Source: the human T2T-CHM13v2.0 reference genome, Homo sapiens
NCBI RefSeq assembly: GCF_009914755.1
Contig: NC_060925.1
Reading direction: 5' to 3' (one strand)
Length of the DNA: 64,000 nucleotides
Below the pieces are notes generated by a model. It saw only the letters and a list, made by a program, of their open reading frames with translations. It was not told the origin of the DNA and did not search any database. The position numbers were made by a program, and so were the translations under genes. Shown here one piece after another: positions 63,165 through 64,000 of this stretch (positions are counted from its first letter, which is position 1; each line of letters opens with the position of its first letter).

Positions 63165-64000
63165 GTGAGAGGCAGGACCACCAGCTGCTCTAAGGGGTCC
63201 TTTCCCTTCCAGGGAGAAGAAGCCCCAGGAACTGGGTTGGGTCAGAGATTCAGCGCTGGAGCTCTCATGGTCCTGGGGGCTGCTGGGGCCTGCAGGTGGG
63301 ATAGAGCCTCTGCCTTCAGGAACCCACAGTCTGATGGAAGAGACAGAGCCATGCCCTCAGAGAGCTCCCAGCCTAATGAGGGAGACCCGGCCCCACGCTG
63401 GGGCAATGACCTATTTTCACAGAAGCAAATCTGAGCCTCTCATCTGAGAAGTCTGGTGAAATGCGAGAGACACGGTGGGGAAATAGGACCTTGCGGGGCC
63501 CAGAGGTGGGGTGGGTAAGATTCAGGGGGATCCTGTGGGAACAGGTGAAGCAAGGTGTCAGGAAGGGGCAGGGCTCACCCCAAGGATAAAAAATGCCTGC
63601 CCCATGCAAGGCGAAGGGGCTAGCACAGAGTCGGTGCTCAGTTAATGGCAGGAGGGCCCTTACCCCTTCCCGGTAGTGCCCAGCGCTTTCTCCTAAGCTG
63701 CTGAGAAGGGACAGGAGCATCAGCCATGCTGTGGCTGGGGCTGGGACAGTGTGTTGTGCTGACAAGAACATTTGCATCCAGAAACTGCCTGGGTTCGAAC
63801 CCCAGCTTTGGCACATCCTAGCCTTGTGCACTTGAGCAGGTTGCCTGAGCCTCAGTTTCCCCCGGACAGCAATGGTTTCTATTGCACAAAGCTGTTGTGA
63901 GGCTTGAAGGAGCTAGCGGGCCCAGAGGGCTCCACACGGGCCCAGCGCACAGTAGGTGCTTGGCCAGTGTTATGCTCTTCCTAGTCCTGGGCTGCCCAGC

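Overview
Human (primate) genomic DNA containing ~28 kb of upstream sequence and the first 14 coding exons of PADI1 (peptidylarginine deiminase type 1) on the + strand. The ATG is at 28504. Exons 1-14 join through GT-AG introns into 1632 nt (544 codons, MAPKRVVQLSLKMPTHAV...RDNLHAQ) and include catalytic D352, H472 and D474; the last exons, with the catalytic Cys, lie beyond the window. The rest is repeat-rich: old L1s including a 5'-inverted L1PB-like insertion, about 20 Alus (many with visible TSDs), four solo LTRs, MER53 and MER63 DNA transposons, L2/MIR, two minisatellites and several microsatellites. Repeat subfamily names are from memory and need RepeatMasker/Dfam confirmation. I found no new stand-alone gene system; almost all ORF-track entries are chance, Alu or low-complexity frames. 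The most interesting unexplained signals are: (i) PADI1 intron 9 is 363 nt, stop-free and in frame, and sits immediately before catalytic D352; (ii) a duplicate in-frame splice donor 54 nt after exon 2; (iii) a recursive-type AG|GTGAG site at the start of exon 3; (iv) a ~168-bp direct duplication upstream of the promoter; (v) GRHL motifs clustered around the promoter, one in a perfect 16-bp LTR palindrome; (vi) a consensus CTCF site beside exon 12.
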